Source: a virus (Duplodnaviria; Caudoviricetes). From it: 62,020 nt of DNA. Each line of letters begins with the position of its first letter. Position 1 is the first letter of the stretch. The position numbers were made by a program, and so were the translations under genes. The DNA is taken from the IMG/VR virus record IMGVR_UViG_3300032073_000028, positions 1 to 62,020 of that record; one strand, given 5' to 3'. The notes under the pieces were generated by a model. It was not told where the DNA came from. It saw only the letters and a program-made list of their open reading frames with translations, and made no database searches. Of this stretch, positions 10,454 through 22,300 are shown piece after piece.

Positions 10454-11394
10454 AACCCTTTTAGTTTTTGAAAAACTACATCTTCAAATGCAGTTTTCTT
10501 TGTTTCTTTTAACTTTTCATTTACTTTAGTGAATCCCATCTCACCAGCATCTTTTCCACTTGGTAGAACATTTGTAACAGTTATACCATTATTCATAAAG
10601 TAACTTACATAATAAAGTGCTTGTTGTTGTGCATCTTCATCTAATAATATTTTTATTTCTTTTATTCCTTTTTTGTAAATAGTATCCATTAATATTTTTG
10701 GGATAAATTTACCTAGTAGGGGGATTGCGTTTCTTTTAACAGCCATGGCATCAAATACACCTTCTACTAATGTTAATGGTTCGTTCCAATTTATTTGATT
10801 TTCGAAGATTGTAACATTTTTTGAAACTGGCGGATTTTTATATTTAAACTTTTCCTCATCAAATACAGACCTCGCGATGAAGTAATTGAGTCTATTATCA
10901 GAATCATAGGAAGGAATAATAATCCTACCAGAATACATACCACCATCACAATACCCAATATTATATCTGATAATATCTTCTTTAGTAATACCTCTATTTT
11001 TAGCATACTGAAGTGATTTTTTATATATTGGATTAAATAGTCCTTTTGGTTTTTCCAATAATGATTTAAATTCACGAGGTAACCTAAGTTCTACTTTTTC
11101 TTCTTCAGTAGGTGCAGATGATATAATATAATCATCTCCATATATTTCGAAAACTTTTCGTATTCTTTTCGAATCAGTATGTAATCTTTTAAGAAGAGTT
11201 TGAATCTTCTTACCTTTTGCGTCACAAACCCAACAATGCCATTGTTGTGTGTTTAAGTTTATTTGTAGTTTCTTTTTATGATGATGACAGAATGGACAAT
11301 GGTGTGCCTGTTCATTTCCTCTTAAGGATGTACCTACCCCTAAAACATCATCTAAGATACTAATTATAACCGATTTATCTCGTTGTGAGAGCAT
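10450..11394 (-). CDS. DNA primase (T4 gp61/DnaG-like)
   Basis: CPFC...CWVC zinc finger, RIIIP, YKNP, TOPRIM VEGVFDA and LDED. Confidence 0.9.
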   Translation of the reverse strand: MLSQRDKSVIISILDDVLGVGTSLRGNEQAHHCPFCHHHKKKLQINLNTQQWHCWVCDAKGKKIQTLLKRLHTDSKRIRKVFEIYGDDYIISSAPTEEEKVELRLPREFKSLLEKPKGLFNPIYKKSLQYAKNRGITKEDIIRYNIGYCDGGMYSGRIIIPSYDSDNRLNYFIARSVFDEEKFKYKNPPVSKNVTIFENQINWNEPLTLVEGVFDAMAVKRNAIPLLGKFIPKILMDTIYKKGIKEIKILLDEDAQQQALYYVSYFMNNGITVTNVLPSGKDAGEMGFTKVNEKLKETKKTAFEDVVFQKLKGL

Positions 11395-11412
11395 AATTTA
11401 TACAATATACAA

Positions 11413-11446
11413 AGCTAATATACAACAAATAATTGACAATACCAAA
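11413..11446 (-). promoter_or_regulatory. Bacteroidota sigma-A-type early promoter (copy 1 of 9)
   Basis: TTTG-N20-TATATTAG-CT upstream of primase. Confidence 0.8.
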
Positions 11447-11902
11447 TTAAATTACACTTTTTTTGTCTAAAAGTATAGAAAAATGTATTGAATACCTAAT
11501 TCCCTCTGTGACTGGTGTTATGTAATGATTATCATTTCTTCCAAAAGTGAATAAGTCTCCTATATTAGAAGATAACTTTTCTTTTTCTACCACAAACTCA
11601 CCTCCAGAGAAATCTTCGTTTAGAAGGTATCCAGCACTTAAATAGCCTGGATATGATGAGGCATCTGTATGTTCATTAAAAAAATCACCCTTTTTATATA
11701 ATAGAAGTGTAATCCAATCTGTTGGTATATAGTTTTTGTTTAACTCTTTTACTTCTTTTTTAATCATATCATTAAACCAACTAAATATTGGTGTATTGAT
11801 ATCTGTCTTTAAATGTTTTTTATGTGGAAAATTTACTGATTCAAAAATTAAATTTGATTCTTCAATTTGTTTTATTAATTTAACACAATGTTCTTTTTTC
11901 AT
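11447..11902 (-). CDS. 2OG-Fe(II) oxygenase (prolyl-4-hydroxylase-like)
   Basis: Y..G.FF.EHTD...YLLNEDFSGGEF...H..TPVTEGIRYS (HxD...H...R). Confidence 0.85.
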   Translation of the reverse strand: MKKEHCVKLIKQIEESNLIFESVNFPHKKHLKTDINTPIFSWFNDMIKKEVKELNKNYIPTDWITLLLYKKGDFFNEHTDASSYPGYLSAGYLLNEDFSGGEFVVEKEKLSSNIGDLFTFGRNDNHYITPVTEGIRYSIHFSILLDKKSVI

Positions 11903-12300
11903 TATTCTAAATCCTTCTTGAAAAATTTACCAAGTAAGTTATCATTTAATGATTCTTCTCTTTCTAAACAATCGTGTCTAAATTGTTCTTTTAACTCATA
12001 ATAAGTTAATGCTTTTTTGGTGAAACAAAATCTAAGTATTTGTTTATATACCTCACCCCAACCTTGTACTTCTTTATTGGATGAATTATAATTTACCCAT
12101 TTTGATTCTTTTATAACCTTTCGTTTTCTTTTGTATCCTTTTAGTGGGGGAAGTGTTCTACGAGAATATAGTGATTTTTTACCTATATAAAACTGATTAG
12201 TTTCTTTATTAGTAATTTTGTATATAAATCCTATTGACCCCTCAGGCATATCAGAAAGTTCTGTTATTACCTTGCCTTCATAATACCAAGCCATAGTCAA
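11902..12300 (-). CDS. GIY-YIG nuclease (T4 EndoII/Seg-like)
   Basis: GFIYKITN...FYIGKK...W..Y.SS...YYE...LNDN. Confidence 0.8.
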   Translation of the reverse strand: MTMAWYYEGKVITELSDMPEGSIGFIYKITNKETNQFYIGKKSLYSRRTLPPLKGYKRKRKVIKESKWVNYNSSNKEVQGWGEVYKQILRFCFTKKALTYYELKEQFRHDCLEREESLNDNLLGKFFKKDLE

Positions 12301-12841
12301 AATTTTTAAAATCCTTTCTGTATTTATTTCTTACGAACTGTACAACTTTAGGATTTGTGTAACATCTATTTTTGTAATAATCATACATATCCATTTGTGG
12401 GAATGTATTCCTTATACTATTTTGATTTAACAGAGGTATGCTTTTTAAATCAATATCTATTTTACTTCCGATTTGTTTTAAATCTTCTTGTAAGGTTTCA
12501 TACTTACCTATATAATCTATTCTATCTAACTTTCCATTATACTCTAACCAATCTGTTTGAGTATCAAAAAAGTAATCCCATTTTTCGTGGGTATCTATAA
12601 ACTCTTCAATTGGTATTTTACCATTTTCTCTAATATGAGAATAATACAATGAGGCAAAACGAGTAAATGGATTTCTTACAAATCCAAAAACATATTTACC
12701 TAATAAGTTTCTTTGTGAGTTTAATTTACCATGTGTTGCTAGATGCTCACAATTATGAGTTTCTAAAACATTTGAAATTGATGTACCTGCTGTCTTTGGT
12801 ACATGAACATATAACCAGTGGTTTGATAAAAGTAAAGCCAA
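12278..12841 (-). CDS. Sulfotransferase family 2 protein
   Basis: 5'-PSB HVPKTAGTS and 3'-PB RNPFTRFAS motifs; IGKYETLQED; TTG start. Confidence 0.85.
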   Translation of the reverse strand: MALLLSNHWLYVHVPKTAGTSISNVLETHNCEHLATHGKLNSQRNLLGKYVFGFVRNPFTRFASLYYSHIRENGKIPIEEFIDTHEKWDYFFDTQTDWLEYNGKLDRIDYIGKYETLQEDLKQIGSKIDIDLKSIPLLNQNSIRNTFPQMDMYDYYKNRCYTNPKVVQFVRNKYRKDFKNFDYGLVL

Positions 12842-12844
12842 ATA

Positions 12845-13024
12845 CTATCTTTTTACTGAATCTGAGTATTTGCTTAGGTCTACTTTACCACCTCTAGCTT
12901 TTTCTAAGTTTGAAGGTTTTCTTAAATCTTTACCACCATCTAAGTCAATAGGAGTTTTATCTGCTCCTTTGTTTGGTAGTTTAGAGTGGTCTGAACCTTT
13001 GTATAAATCTTCTATTGATGCCAT
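12845..13024 (-). CDS. Hypothetical protein (59 aa)
   Basis: MASIEDLYKGSDHSKLPNKGADKTPIDLDGGKDL...; tightly packed between neighbours, below ORF-track cutoff. Confidence 0.7.
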   Translation of the reverse strand: MASIEDLYKGSDHSKLPNKGADKTPIDLDGGKDLRKPSNLEKARGGKVDLSKYSDSVKR

Positions 13025-13025
13025 T

Positions 13026-13205
13026 TTATTCTTCTATTATTTCTTTTACTACTCTTGCTTCAGCATTTTCTTTGATGTAGTCTTGTTCCCATATACCTTC
13101 ATCATACATGAAGAATGGGCCTTCACCTTGTTCTGCAATCCATGCGTGTCCGTCATCGACTGTTTCTAATACTTCTTGTTTGTTGTTTAATACTTGATGT
13201 GCCAT
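13026..13205 (-). CDS. Hypothetical protein (59 aa)
   Basis: MAHQVLNNKQEVLETVDDGHAWIAEQGEG...; abuts both neighbours. Confidence 0.65.
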   Translation of the reverse strand: MAHQVLNNKQEVLETVDDGHAWIAEQGEGPFFMYDEGIWEQDYIKENAEARVVKEIIEE

Positions 13206-13209
13206 AATA

Positions 13210-14367
13210 TTATGTGTCTATTTTTATTAAAAAATTAATTGGATAATCAGGTAGTATCTTTACTGGTCTTGCAACTTTTGCAATTGCCAGTAACTCCGAA
13301 TTATCATTATATAACCCTATGGATGTTACATAGGTTGTCAGATATGAGCCAGTTGGGTCTAAAGAACTACTTGAATCATAATCATCGAAACTACCTGTTG
13401 CGTTTCCATAGCTACTATAAATATAGGATTTTTTTCTTGGAGTAAAATCTTTTATCGTTTCAACATAAGGATTACCCTTTTCATCTGTCATCGTGTGTTC
13501 AAAAGATGAAGTTGTTATATTAAAATAATCAACTGCAGATGGGTTTGTTGAAGTTGTAAATTCTCCTGCCTCTACGCTTACAAGAACCTCTAATTCTGAT
13601 ATTGTTGTTGTTGATTTAAATGATAAATCAAAGTTTTGTAATAAATCTGGGTTTGTGCCAGTATCTAATACCAAATCACCACTTTGTTGAAATAGTTGTC
13701 CATATGATACTGATGTTCCTTCTATTTGGTTTAATATTGTAAGTGGAGATGAAAATGCCAATTTACCAGTTTGGGTATCGATTGTTACTAATGTTGGGTT
13801 TGGTGATTCTAATGTACCTTCATATGATACTTCTGTTTCACCAGTTTGAAAATCAACTGATTCTATTAATAATTCCGAACTTGCACTATCTGCTAAAGTA
13901 ACAATACCAGTTGAGAAATCATAAGAATTAAATAAATATTCTGGATTAGTGTTTGTAATTTGACTTGAACCTTCGGTATCAACAATGGTTAATCCACTAC
14001 CACTATCTACTAATTCGAATGAACCAGGTAATACACCTTCTCCTTTTATACATTGTGAAAAGGAAAGAACACTCATTGTATCAGGTGCTTCAAAAATATA
14101 CTTTTGGTCTTTTGTAAAACCACCTGCTGTTTGGAATAATGATGCCGATGGATGATAATATCTTGCCTTTGTTGAATTATACAATCCATTAATAGAAAAC
14201 CCAGCAAAACTACCAGATGCACCAACCTTTGGGTCGGTATCTACATCATATGTACCGTCTACATTATATACTTTAAATACGGTGACATCGTCTTGTGTCA
14301 AGTTAACTGTTTTGTTAACTTGGAATGTTCTCCTAGTGACTTGGTCTTGTGGTATCTTTTTAAACAT
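13210..14367 (-). CDS. Virion structural protein (baseplate/tail-fibre attachment-like)
   Basis: S/T/G-rich; C-terminal YVTSIGLYNDNSELLAIAK..P resembles the tail-collar (DUF3751-like) end motif and is shared with 14443-15636. Confidence 0.6.
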   Translation of the reverse strand: MFKKIPQDQVTRRTFQVNKTVNLTQDDVTVFKVYNVDGTYDVDTDPKVGASGSFAGFSINGLYNSTKARYYHPSASLFQTAGGFTKDQKYIFEAPDTMSVLSFSQCIKGEGVLPGSFELVDSGSGLTIVDTEGSSQITNTNPEYLFNSYDFSTGIVTLADSASSELLIESVDFQTGETEVSYEGTLESPNPTLVTIDTQTGKLAFSSPLTILNQIEGTSVSYGQLFQQSGDLVLDTGTNPDLLQNFDLSFKSTTTISELEVLVSVEAGEFTTSTNPSAVDYFNITTSSFEHTMTDEKGNPYVETIKDFTPRKKSYIYSSYGNATGSFDDYDSSSSLDPTGSYLTTYVTSIGLYNDNSELLAIAKVARPVKILPDYPINFLIKIDT

Positions 14368-14396
14368 AATATTCCTTTATATAAATATACTGAAAT

Positions 14397-14421
14397 AAAA
14401 AACCCCACTCTTGGTGGGGTT
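14397..14421 (-). terminator. Intrinsic terminator
   Basis: AACCCCAC-CAAGA-GTGGGGTT followed by a U tract on the minus strand. Confidence 0.8.
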
Positions 14422-14442
14422 AGTAGTTTGAGAAGTTACTTT

Positions 14443-15636
14443 TTAGAAATCAAGTTTAACTTTGATTAGTACTTCTTTATCGAATGATTTTGCTATTGGT
14501 TGAGATGTTTTTGCAACAGCCAATAATTCTGATGAATCGTTATATAACCCTACTGAAGTAATAAATACTTTAGGGTCTTTCTTAAATGCCTCATATCTAA
14601 GTGAGTTATCAGAACCACTTATGAATGTTGGATTGTTAGAGTAGTTATATTCTCTATTTGTTGCTCTAACAAAGTAATGTGATGTAGATACATTTTCAGT
14701 TCTTCTTGCCTCAAAATCTCCACCATTTACTATTGCATCATATAATTTTCCATGATTTTCGTATTCTGCATTTACTGCCAAGTTTGGTTCAACACCAATT
14801 GATGCAGATATTGCAGTTGGATTAAGAATAAGTAATCCTTGGTCTGGATAAAACTTACCATATCCTTGTCCATTTGAAGCAGTTGTTGCATATACTGTTG
14901 CAGCTGAATCAGTTCCTAAGTTAAGTGAACCACTTACTACATCAAATACTCTACCAGCTTTTCCAACTTTATCTGAGAATTTCTTTCCACTATTATCGAT
15001 AAGTGTTGTAACAAATGGTGCATGAGAACCACTAATCTTCAATGACCAGTTACCTGGGTCCATTGATTCTTTATATCTTGCTCTTGCAATGTTTACAACA
15101 TAAATATCTGGAATATCTACTGTATCTGTACCATCTGTACCTAATACTGTAAATAATGTATCTGTTTGGTCAAGTAGTACACTTCTATATTGATTATAAG
15201 TAGCTTTTGAATTAAGTTTTGCGTCATCACTATTTGCTAAAGAAATAGAACCACTTCCACTTACATGTCCATATGCCACTGCGAACTGTGTAGAGGATGT
15301 TGCTGCTGAATTATGAACATTATAGTAATAATCTCCACTTGCTGCTAATGTTTGTGCTGATGATGTAAAGAATGTTGTTAATGAACCAGTATCTCCAGTC
15401 CAAAGACCAGTTGTTACTACTTCTATCTTACCCGTTACTGTATCGAATTCTCCAAATTTCTTGAAGATACCATTATTGATGTTTCCTCCTGCAGTAGATA
15501 TTTTATCACCGCCTTGAAGATACTCATTCAAAATATTTACTAACTGTTCCGATTGTACGGCTCCAGTCGAACCATTCAAATATGATTGAATAGCCGATGT
15601 TAGATTTCTTCCGTCTTGTCCTGTTATTTGTGGCAT
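14443..15636 (-). CDS. Virion structural protein (paralogous C-terminus to 13210-14367)
   Basis: FITSVGLYNDSSELLAVAKTSQP...LIKVKLDF; lies in the structural block. Confidence 0.6.
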   Translation of the reverse strand: MPQITGQDGRNLTSAIQSYLNGSTGAVQSEQLVNILNEYLQGGDKISTAGGNINNGIFKKFGEFDTVTGKIEVVTTGLWTGDTGSLTTFFTSSAQTLAASGDYYYNVHNSAATSSTQFAVAYGHVSGSGSISLANSDDAKLNSKATYNQYRSVLLDQTDTLFTVLGTDGTDTVDIPDIYVVNIARARYKESMDPGNWSLKISGSHAPFVTTLIDNSGKKFSDKVGKAGRVFDVVSGSLNLGTDSAATVYATTASNGQGYGKFYPDQGLLILNPTAISASIGVEPNLAVNAEYENHGKLYDAIVNGGDFEARRTENVSTSHYFVRATNREYNYSNNPTFISGSDNSLRYEAFKKDPKVFITSVGLYNDSSELLAVAKTSQPIAKSFDKEVLIKVKLDF

Positions 15637-15654
15637 ATCTTATTATTTTCCTTT

Positions 15655-16278
15655 TTAAGCTACATATGTTACTGTTACAGGTATGGTTTGTGAACCACCA
15701 GTTTCATTACCATATACTGTAATTGTTGTTTGTATTGTTGATGTAAGGTTAGGATTTGGTATAAACTTAAATGTTCTACCAGTAACTACAGCTGCTGTTG
15801 TTGTAACTTCATCTCCTAAAAATATTGGAGCAGTTCCAGTTGCAGTTGTTGTACCACTACCTATAATACTACCAGCCTCTTTGTTTGCCAATACAACAGT
15901 ATAACCTGCTGAAGTGTTTCCACTTGGTGAAGTAGTTGGTGTTAATGCAACTTCTCCCTCATCTTGACTAACAGAAATGTTAGGTACACCAAAAGAAACT
16001 TTTGGAATACGAGTTGTATTCTTTGGTAATGTTACCAATTTATATCTCATTACTTGAGTTTCATCTGGTGATGCCTCAAGTACTGGTATTGCCTTTATTG
16101 CTGAATCATAGAATGCTGAACCCTTTGGGTGAGCCGGTTCGTATAAACCATAATCTATCTCATCATCAGCTAAGGCGAATTGTGTGATGTTCAATCCTTG
16201 ACCGGCAGCTAATTTCTCTCTACCTTTCTTTGTTAAGATTGCATCTACTGTTATTGAAGTGTTATCTAAATAAGCCAT
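15655..16278 (-). CDS. Virion structural protein (tail-collar N-terminal-like)
   Basis: AILTKKGREKLAAG..LNITQFALADD resembles the start of DUF3751-like tail-collar domains; late box upstream. Confidence 0.6.
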   Translation of the reverse strand: MAYLDNTSITVDAILTKKGREKLAAGQGLNITQFALADDEIDYGLYEPAHPKGSAFYDSAIKAIPVLEASPDETQVMRYKLVTLPKNTTRIPKVSFGVPNISVSQDEGEVALTPTTSPSGNTSAGYTVVLANKEAGSIIGSGTTTATGTAPIFLGDEVTTTAAVVTGRTFKFIPNPNLTSTIQTTITVYGNETGGSQTIPVTVTYVA

Positions 16279-16335
16279 AGTTTGTTTTCCTTTTACCTTT
16301 CAGTATATAAATATAACAATTTTTAAAAATAAATA

Positions 16336-19300
16336 TTATTCAACATCTAATATCGGTTCTCCACTACCTCTTCCACTATCTGAAACTTTCAATGTGTTAG
16401 GATTAGTAACAAAAGTTTCGAATGCAGGACCACCATCAATTGTGGTTGCCTGAGTTTGTTTACACCCATTGAAGTATGAGTTTTCTAAACCTGTCGAGGT
16501 ATCCTTAGTATAAATATAATGTGAACCAAGATTACCATCAACTGGTTGTACTGTTACAATATCTCCTCCAACGGCTGGAGCCGAACCAGATATAGATACA
16601 TATGTTAAAATCTTTTTTTGACTAGTTACTGCAGTGTCTGTTGTTCCACTTGTTTGGTCAGAACTATTATTTAATATTGGGAATGTATCTGTTACATTCT
16701 TAGTTATCATATAATATTTTCTTCTTTCTTTATCTCTACCATTTGGTGTTAAGAAGGTTACAATAGAGTGTCCATTCTTTGCAGTTATACCATATCCTTC
16801 GTTATAATAATCTCCATTATCATCTGCAGGTATTGTTTCAAACATATCCCTTACATATTGTCCTGTTGCAGAACCAGTTGCTGTTGCAGGTATATTGAAT
16901 ATTAAAGAACCTTCGTTATTGTTATTAGATAGTATAGTTGTAGAAACTGGTGTTGCTCTATTTGAACCAGTCACTAATCCTTCAACAGATAAATGAGATG
17001 CACCTATTTGGTCTACAAAATCATAATCCATTGTAGTTTCATAAACTGTATGAGAACCACTTATGTTATCTATAATAGAATAATCCAATGTAGTTTCATA
17101 ATAATCTTCCGAACCACCGAAATCTGGTGTGAATACTGAAGATGTTAATACTGCAGTAATTGGTTCTGTACTTGATGATATAGATATAATTGAGTTTTTA
17201 GATATATCTTCTGTACCAACTAATTCTTCAAATATAATTCCACTAGGTCTTTTTCTTTGTTGTTTATTTCTTTCAAGTAAATGAGGTTCAATTAATAATC
17301 CAGTTGTTGTTTTTGACCTACCAGGTAATAAAGTTCCTATAGCATCAAATAGTGTGTTATCTATATATTTTACTAAATTATAGAATCCATCATAGTTTAT
17401 TGTATATTTCTTAAAGAACTTTCTTCTGAAAGCTTTTAGTTCATTATAATCCTCATCGTAGTATGAACATGGGTCTCCAATAAAATCATCGATTTTAAAT
17501 GTACCACCTAATGCTTTAGTAATATCTCTATTAATATTATTTGTTGGAGATATGAATATACCTATTCTATCAGAATCAGTAGCTTGATTCTTTAATCCAG
17601 ATTTAGTTGCTCTTGCAAATGGTGATAGTTCTGAATCAACATTTTGTGTTGTTAACCTAACTTTATCTGCTGCTGCAAGTCCTGTTGCTGGTACAACTCT
17701 TGTTCTTTCAACTGTTTTCTTTTCAAATGAACCAAATGGATAAGTACTACTTGTTATGAATCCACTCATGGAAACAAACTGTTCACCATATAAAGTATCT
17801 GCACTTGGAGCAGTATTTTGATATGAACCACTTGGTGAGAATGAAGATGATTCTGCTATGTTTTCTGCTTTCTCAAAATCTAATCTTATAAATAAATCTT
17901 CAGTTGAAGAAGAAATTGAGTTACCATTGTACATATCAGGTGCCAAGACATGCTCATCAAATATAGATTCTGATAAAGCAGTTCTCCATAGTTTAATGTT
18001 ATCTATTGATGCACTAAACCCTCCAAACACTATTTCAGAACCACTTTCCCAACCAGATTCTCCATATGCAACTTGTACCGATGCTGATACTTGTGCTCTA
18101 ATTCTTTCTTGGAATGGTTCTTTTGCAAAAATATCAAATACCTCATTTACTGAACCTGAACTATAAGTTCTTCTTATCATGAAAGTATTTATAGTATCAC
18201 TAAAGAACGGCAATGAATTTGTTTCAATTGATTCTGCAATACCACTACCACTTATATGAAATTTAAATTTAGCAAGTGAACCAGTATCGTGTATAAGTTC
18301 AAGATACATTTGGTCATTTCTGAATATTACTGCATCTTCTTTTTCTTCTGTTTGTACAGAGAATTCTATTGTATGTGGATAACTAGAACCAGAATGCCAT
18401 GGAATTGTTACAAATGAATTTGAATTTGTTTTTAAACCAAAAGTATCTACTGTCTCAGTATATTGAGTTGGTTGAGATATATTAGTTGGAGGTGGTCCAC
18501 CAAATTCTTGTATTCTTAAAATACCCTCACTTATACCATAAGTTGATAGAATTGCTTTTAATCCTCTTGATGTACCTTTTGATTTGTAGATATAAGGTAG
18601 ATTATTTAATATTCTTCTCCATATCTGATTTTGTCTTTGTTTACCAGTCATTATAGAACTTGTTGTTCCATCTGTTCTTGCCTGGTTTTGATTGTTGTAT
18701 TGTCCTAATGCAAATTCCCATAAAGGTGCAGTATCCATTGTGGATTTAGGTTGATACCCAAATGAACGCAACATTTCTCTAACTAACTCATCAGATACAC
18801 CATTGTTTAATTTTTTATGTTCTAATTTTCTAGCTCTATTTATATTTTCAGTATATGCCCACAATATATCAAAGTGGTGTCCTATCATATCTAAGAATAA
18901 AATAAAATCAGCATTTTCTTTATCATCTTTAACAAACTGAGGTATATTGTTTGGTAAATAGTTTGGATTGTAGTAATCGTATTTACTTCCACTAATACCA
19001 GTTACATCATACCAATTTATTGCATCACTACTACCAGTACTTAATAATATACCATTAGAATTTTTTGGATAAGAAAGAGAACCAGTATCTGTATATAAGA
19101 ATTCTTCAAATCCATCAAATCCTGCAATTATTTCATTTATTTTTCTTATTTGTCTTTCTTTTTCAGCAACTACTGTTAATGAAGTTGATGCGTTATCTGA
19201 AGTTTCTAACGAAGCAGAAACATTGTTATAGTTTTCAATTGAAGATACTTTGTACCAAAAGTTTTTTATTCTTTCTTCTCCTGAACCAAAGTGACTGAAT

Positions 19301-22300
19301 CTATCCCACGCAATAACTTGTGATGAACTTTCATATTCTAGTGATTGAGAATTATAAGTTACTGCCCCACTAATATATGATATATCTAATTTTTTTGTAT
19401 CTATACCACTTTGAGAAACAAATGTGTTTACTAATGAAGCATTACTATTTGTTCCACTAGCCAACATTTCATCAAATAATTCGTATCCCATACCACTTGA
19501 TACATCCAAACTAAAGTTTGGTGCTGCAAGAGGTGGACAATAATCTTTATCACTATCTCTTAATATTACCTCATGTACTTGAGGTTGAGATTGAATTTTT
19601 GTAATCCAAACTTGTTGATTAGGTTGTACTGTTGTGTTAAGTGGTTCGTATAATTTTAATACAAGTGCATCAAACCCTTCACCATCTACTTGTTTATTAG
19701 TTGGTCTTTTTGTTAATGGGTCTATTTCGTATTTTCTAAATGTTTCTGTATCTACTTCCCAATTAGAAATTACTTCGTTGTTTGCAGAACCAAAGTGTAC
19801 TAAGTGATTTAAATATTTTGAATTAAATTCATCAAATGCATCTTCATTTAAATTTCTAGCAACAGCATCACATAAATCTTTAATTACTTTGTTTCTATTT
19901 AATTTTAAATCTCCTTCATCAAATTTTATTACAATTTCTTCTATCTTCCCTTCAAGAGATTCTTTTTCACCTTTTCCAAATGGTTGTAATAAAAATTTAA
20001 AAGTGTATATATCGCCTTTTTTAGTAAACTTGTTTGTGTACTTTATAAGGTCTTTTACATTTAGTTTTACTAAAGATTGTTTTGGATGTTGAAATCCAAT
20101 TGGTGTACTTTTATCGTGTAACCAAATTCTTACATAATCTGTAAATACTGATTGATATGAAAAACTAAATGGAACATCTAATCCAATAAAATCTGCACCC
20201 TTTATTTCTTTAGGGTAATTTATTTTTCTAATATCAGGAAAATAAGTTATAGATTTACTAACTACATTTACTATTACTGTTTTTTCTGTTCCTTTTTCAC
20301 CCTTTGGGCCATATGGACAGAATGTATATTCATATCTACCTACCCCTTGTGTAAAGAAAGAAGATTTTAATGTAAAACTTCCTGCGGTAGGAAGGTTATC
20401 TAATCCTCTAAATCCTTTTGGTCCTCTTATACTAATATAAGATGCATCTTTGGTTGTATATGGTACATCAACTCGTGTATCACCACCTGTGTTAAACTCT
20501 ACTGTTGTAAATGCTGGAAATACTTGTGGTTGTTTTGATTCTTCTACTTTTCTTGATAAAGTAAATTCCCATTCATATGTTGTATCATATCCTAAAAGAG
20601 TTTGTTTAGTTATTAACTCTAGTGGTATTGAAATTCCATTAGGAGAAGTTTGTTCACATTTTTCAAATAATATACCATTTTTGATTTCAACAGATACACT
20701 AAAATTTGGATATCTATCTAATATTGTTTGATAATTCGTTGAATGCCAATCATCATCTCCAAGAGTGAATTTTCTTACTACTGCTCCACCTACATCATGA
20801 ATATTTAATGTACCCCAATTATCTATTCCTCTTTCAGTAGATTGTGATATTTTTAAAATTGGTGGTACTTTTGGGTCTGGTGGAAGTTCTATTTTTCCAT
20901 ATGAGAATGGTAAATGTACATGTCCAACTTCATCTTTAATTCTTAATGTACCACCATATTCTCCTAATGGATATGTTCCAAATGTTTTATTATTTTCTAA
21001 AATGATAAGATTGTATCCATCAAGTTTTAAAACATATCTTTCTTTTGAAGCTGCTGCACCATTTTTAATACCATTAACTGAACCGATTACTTGACTAATT
21101 TTCGGATTCCAAGAAACAGATGCAGTTCTTGCTACACCATATGTTTTACTATTACCTGCAAGTGCATCTGTTGCAGGGTCTCCACTCATTCGTGGTGATT
21201 CTAATCCTTTAATAGTAGAAGTTATTGTATCAACTTTACCATTTGCATTAGCACCCGCGTCATAAAATAGTTGTATAGTTAATCGTGTTGGGTCTGGTTT
21301 AGGTGGTTCATCAATTGGTGGTTGTTCGTATTGTTGAACAATTGTAAAATCACGAGTTAATCCTTCTGTGTTAGTAACTCTAACTGTTGCTGTTCTTTTA
21401 AATGTTGTACCACTACCATCTGGTACAGGTCCTGCTTGAAAGTTTATAAAGTTACTACTTGTACCTTTTGAACCTTGTTTTGGAATTGATATCCAATCTC
21501 CTCCGTTTAAAGCAGCAAGTGTGAAATCTGATGTTGATGTAATACTTAAATTAAATTGACCAGCATCTCTTCCAACAGTTCCTATTGTTGGTGCTACAGT
21601 AAGTTCTTTAGTAGTTGGAAATACAAATACTAATCCATTAAATGGAATTTCATTAAATTGTAAATCCTTTATTCCATTAGTGGTTGTTCCTAAAAACTGA
21701 GTTACCTCATTTGAACCTCTAGGTCTCCATTGGTCATTTGGTGATGTTTTTTGATATAATTGGTATCGTAAATCATTACCATACAAACTTGGTAATTGTT
21801 CTAATTTATAAAACCAAGTAGAATTTTTTCCACCCTGTCCTTCTGCTCCCCATGTTGCAATTAACTTTGTACTTGTTGTTGTTTCTGCAGGATAGTGAAG
21901 TGTTTTAGTTTTTATAGATGGGTAATCTGCATCTAACGAATCTATACTACTGTTTACTCTAAATGTATTTGGTGCACCAAATCCAGCTGCATATTGAAAT
22001 TTTAATTTTATAGTTCCACCTGTAGGTGTTGGAACTTTAGGTCTACAACGAGCAGGTTCTACCATTGTTGCACCTAGTTTTCTACCATCATAACCAATCT
22101 TTACTGCTGCACCATCTATCCAATACCATTGATTTGCTCCATTATATACAGGTTGTGATTGACTAAATGATGGAGCCGAACCATAAAATTGTTGGTGAAC
22201 AAAGTTATCACCCATATCTTGAGATACATACACTCCAACTGGATTACCTGTTCCTTGTGCTGCAAACGCAGCACATTCATCAGCATATGGACCATTAATC

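Noticed and set aside
11902-12300. GIY-YIG gene as an intron-encoded mobile element
   Set aside because: Free-standing and overlapping both neighbours; no interrupted gene or group I intron core seen.
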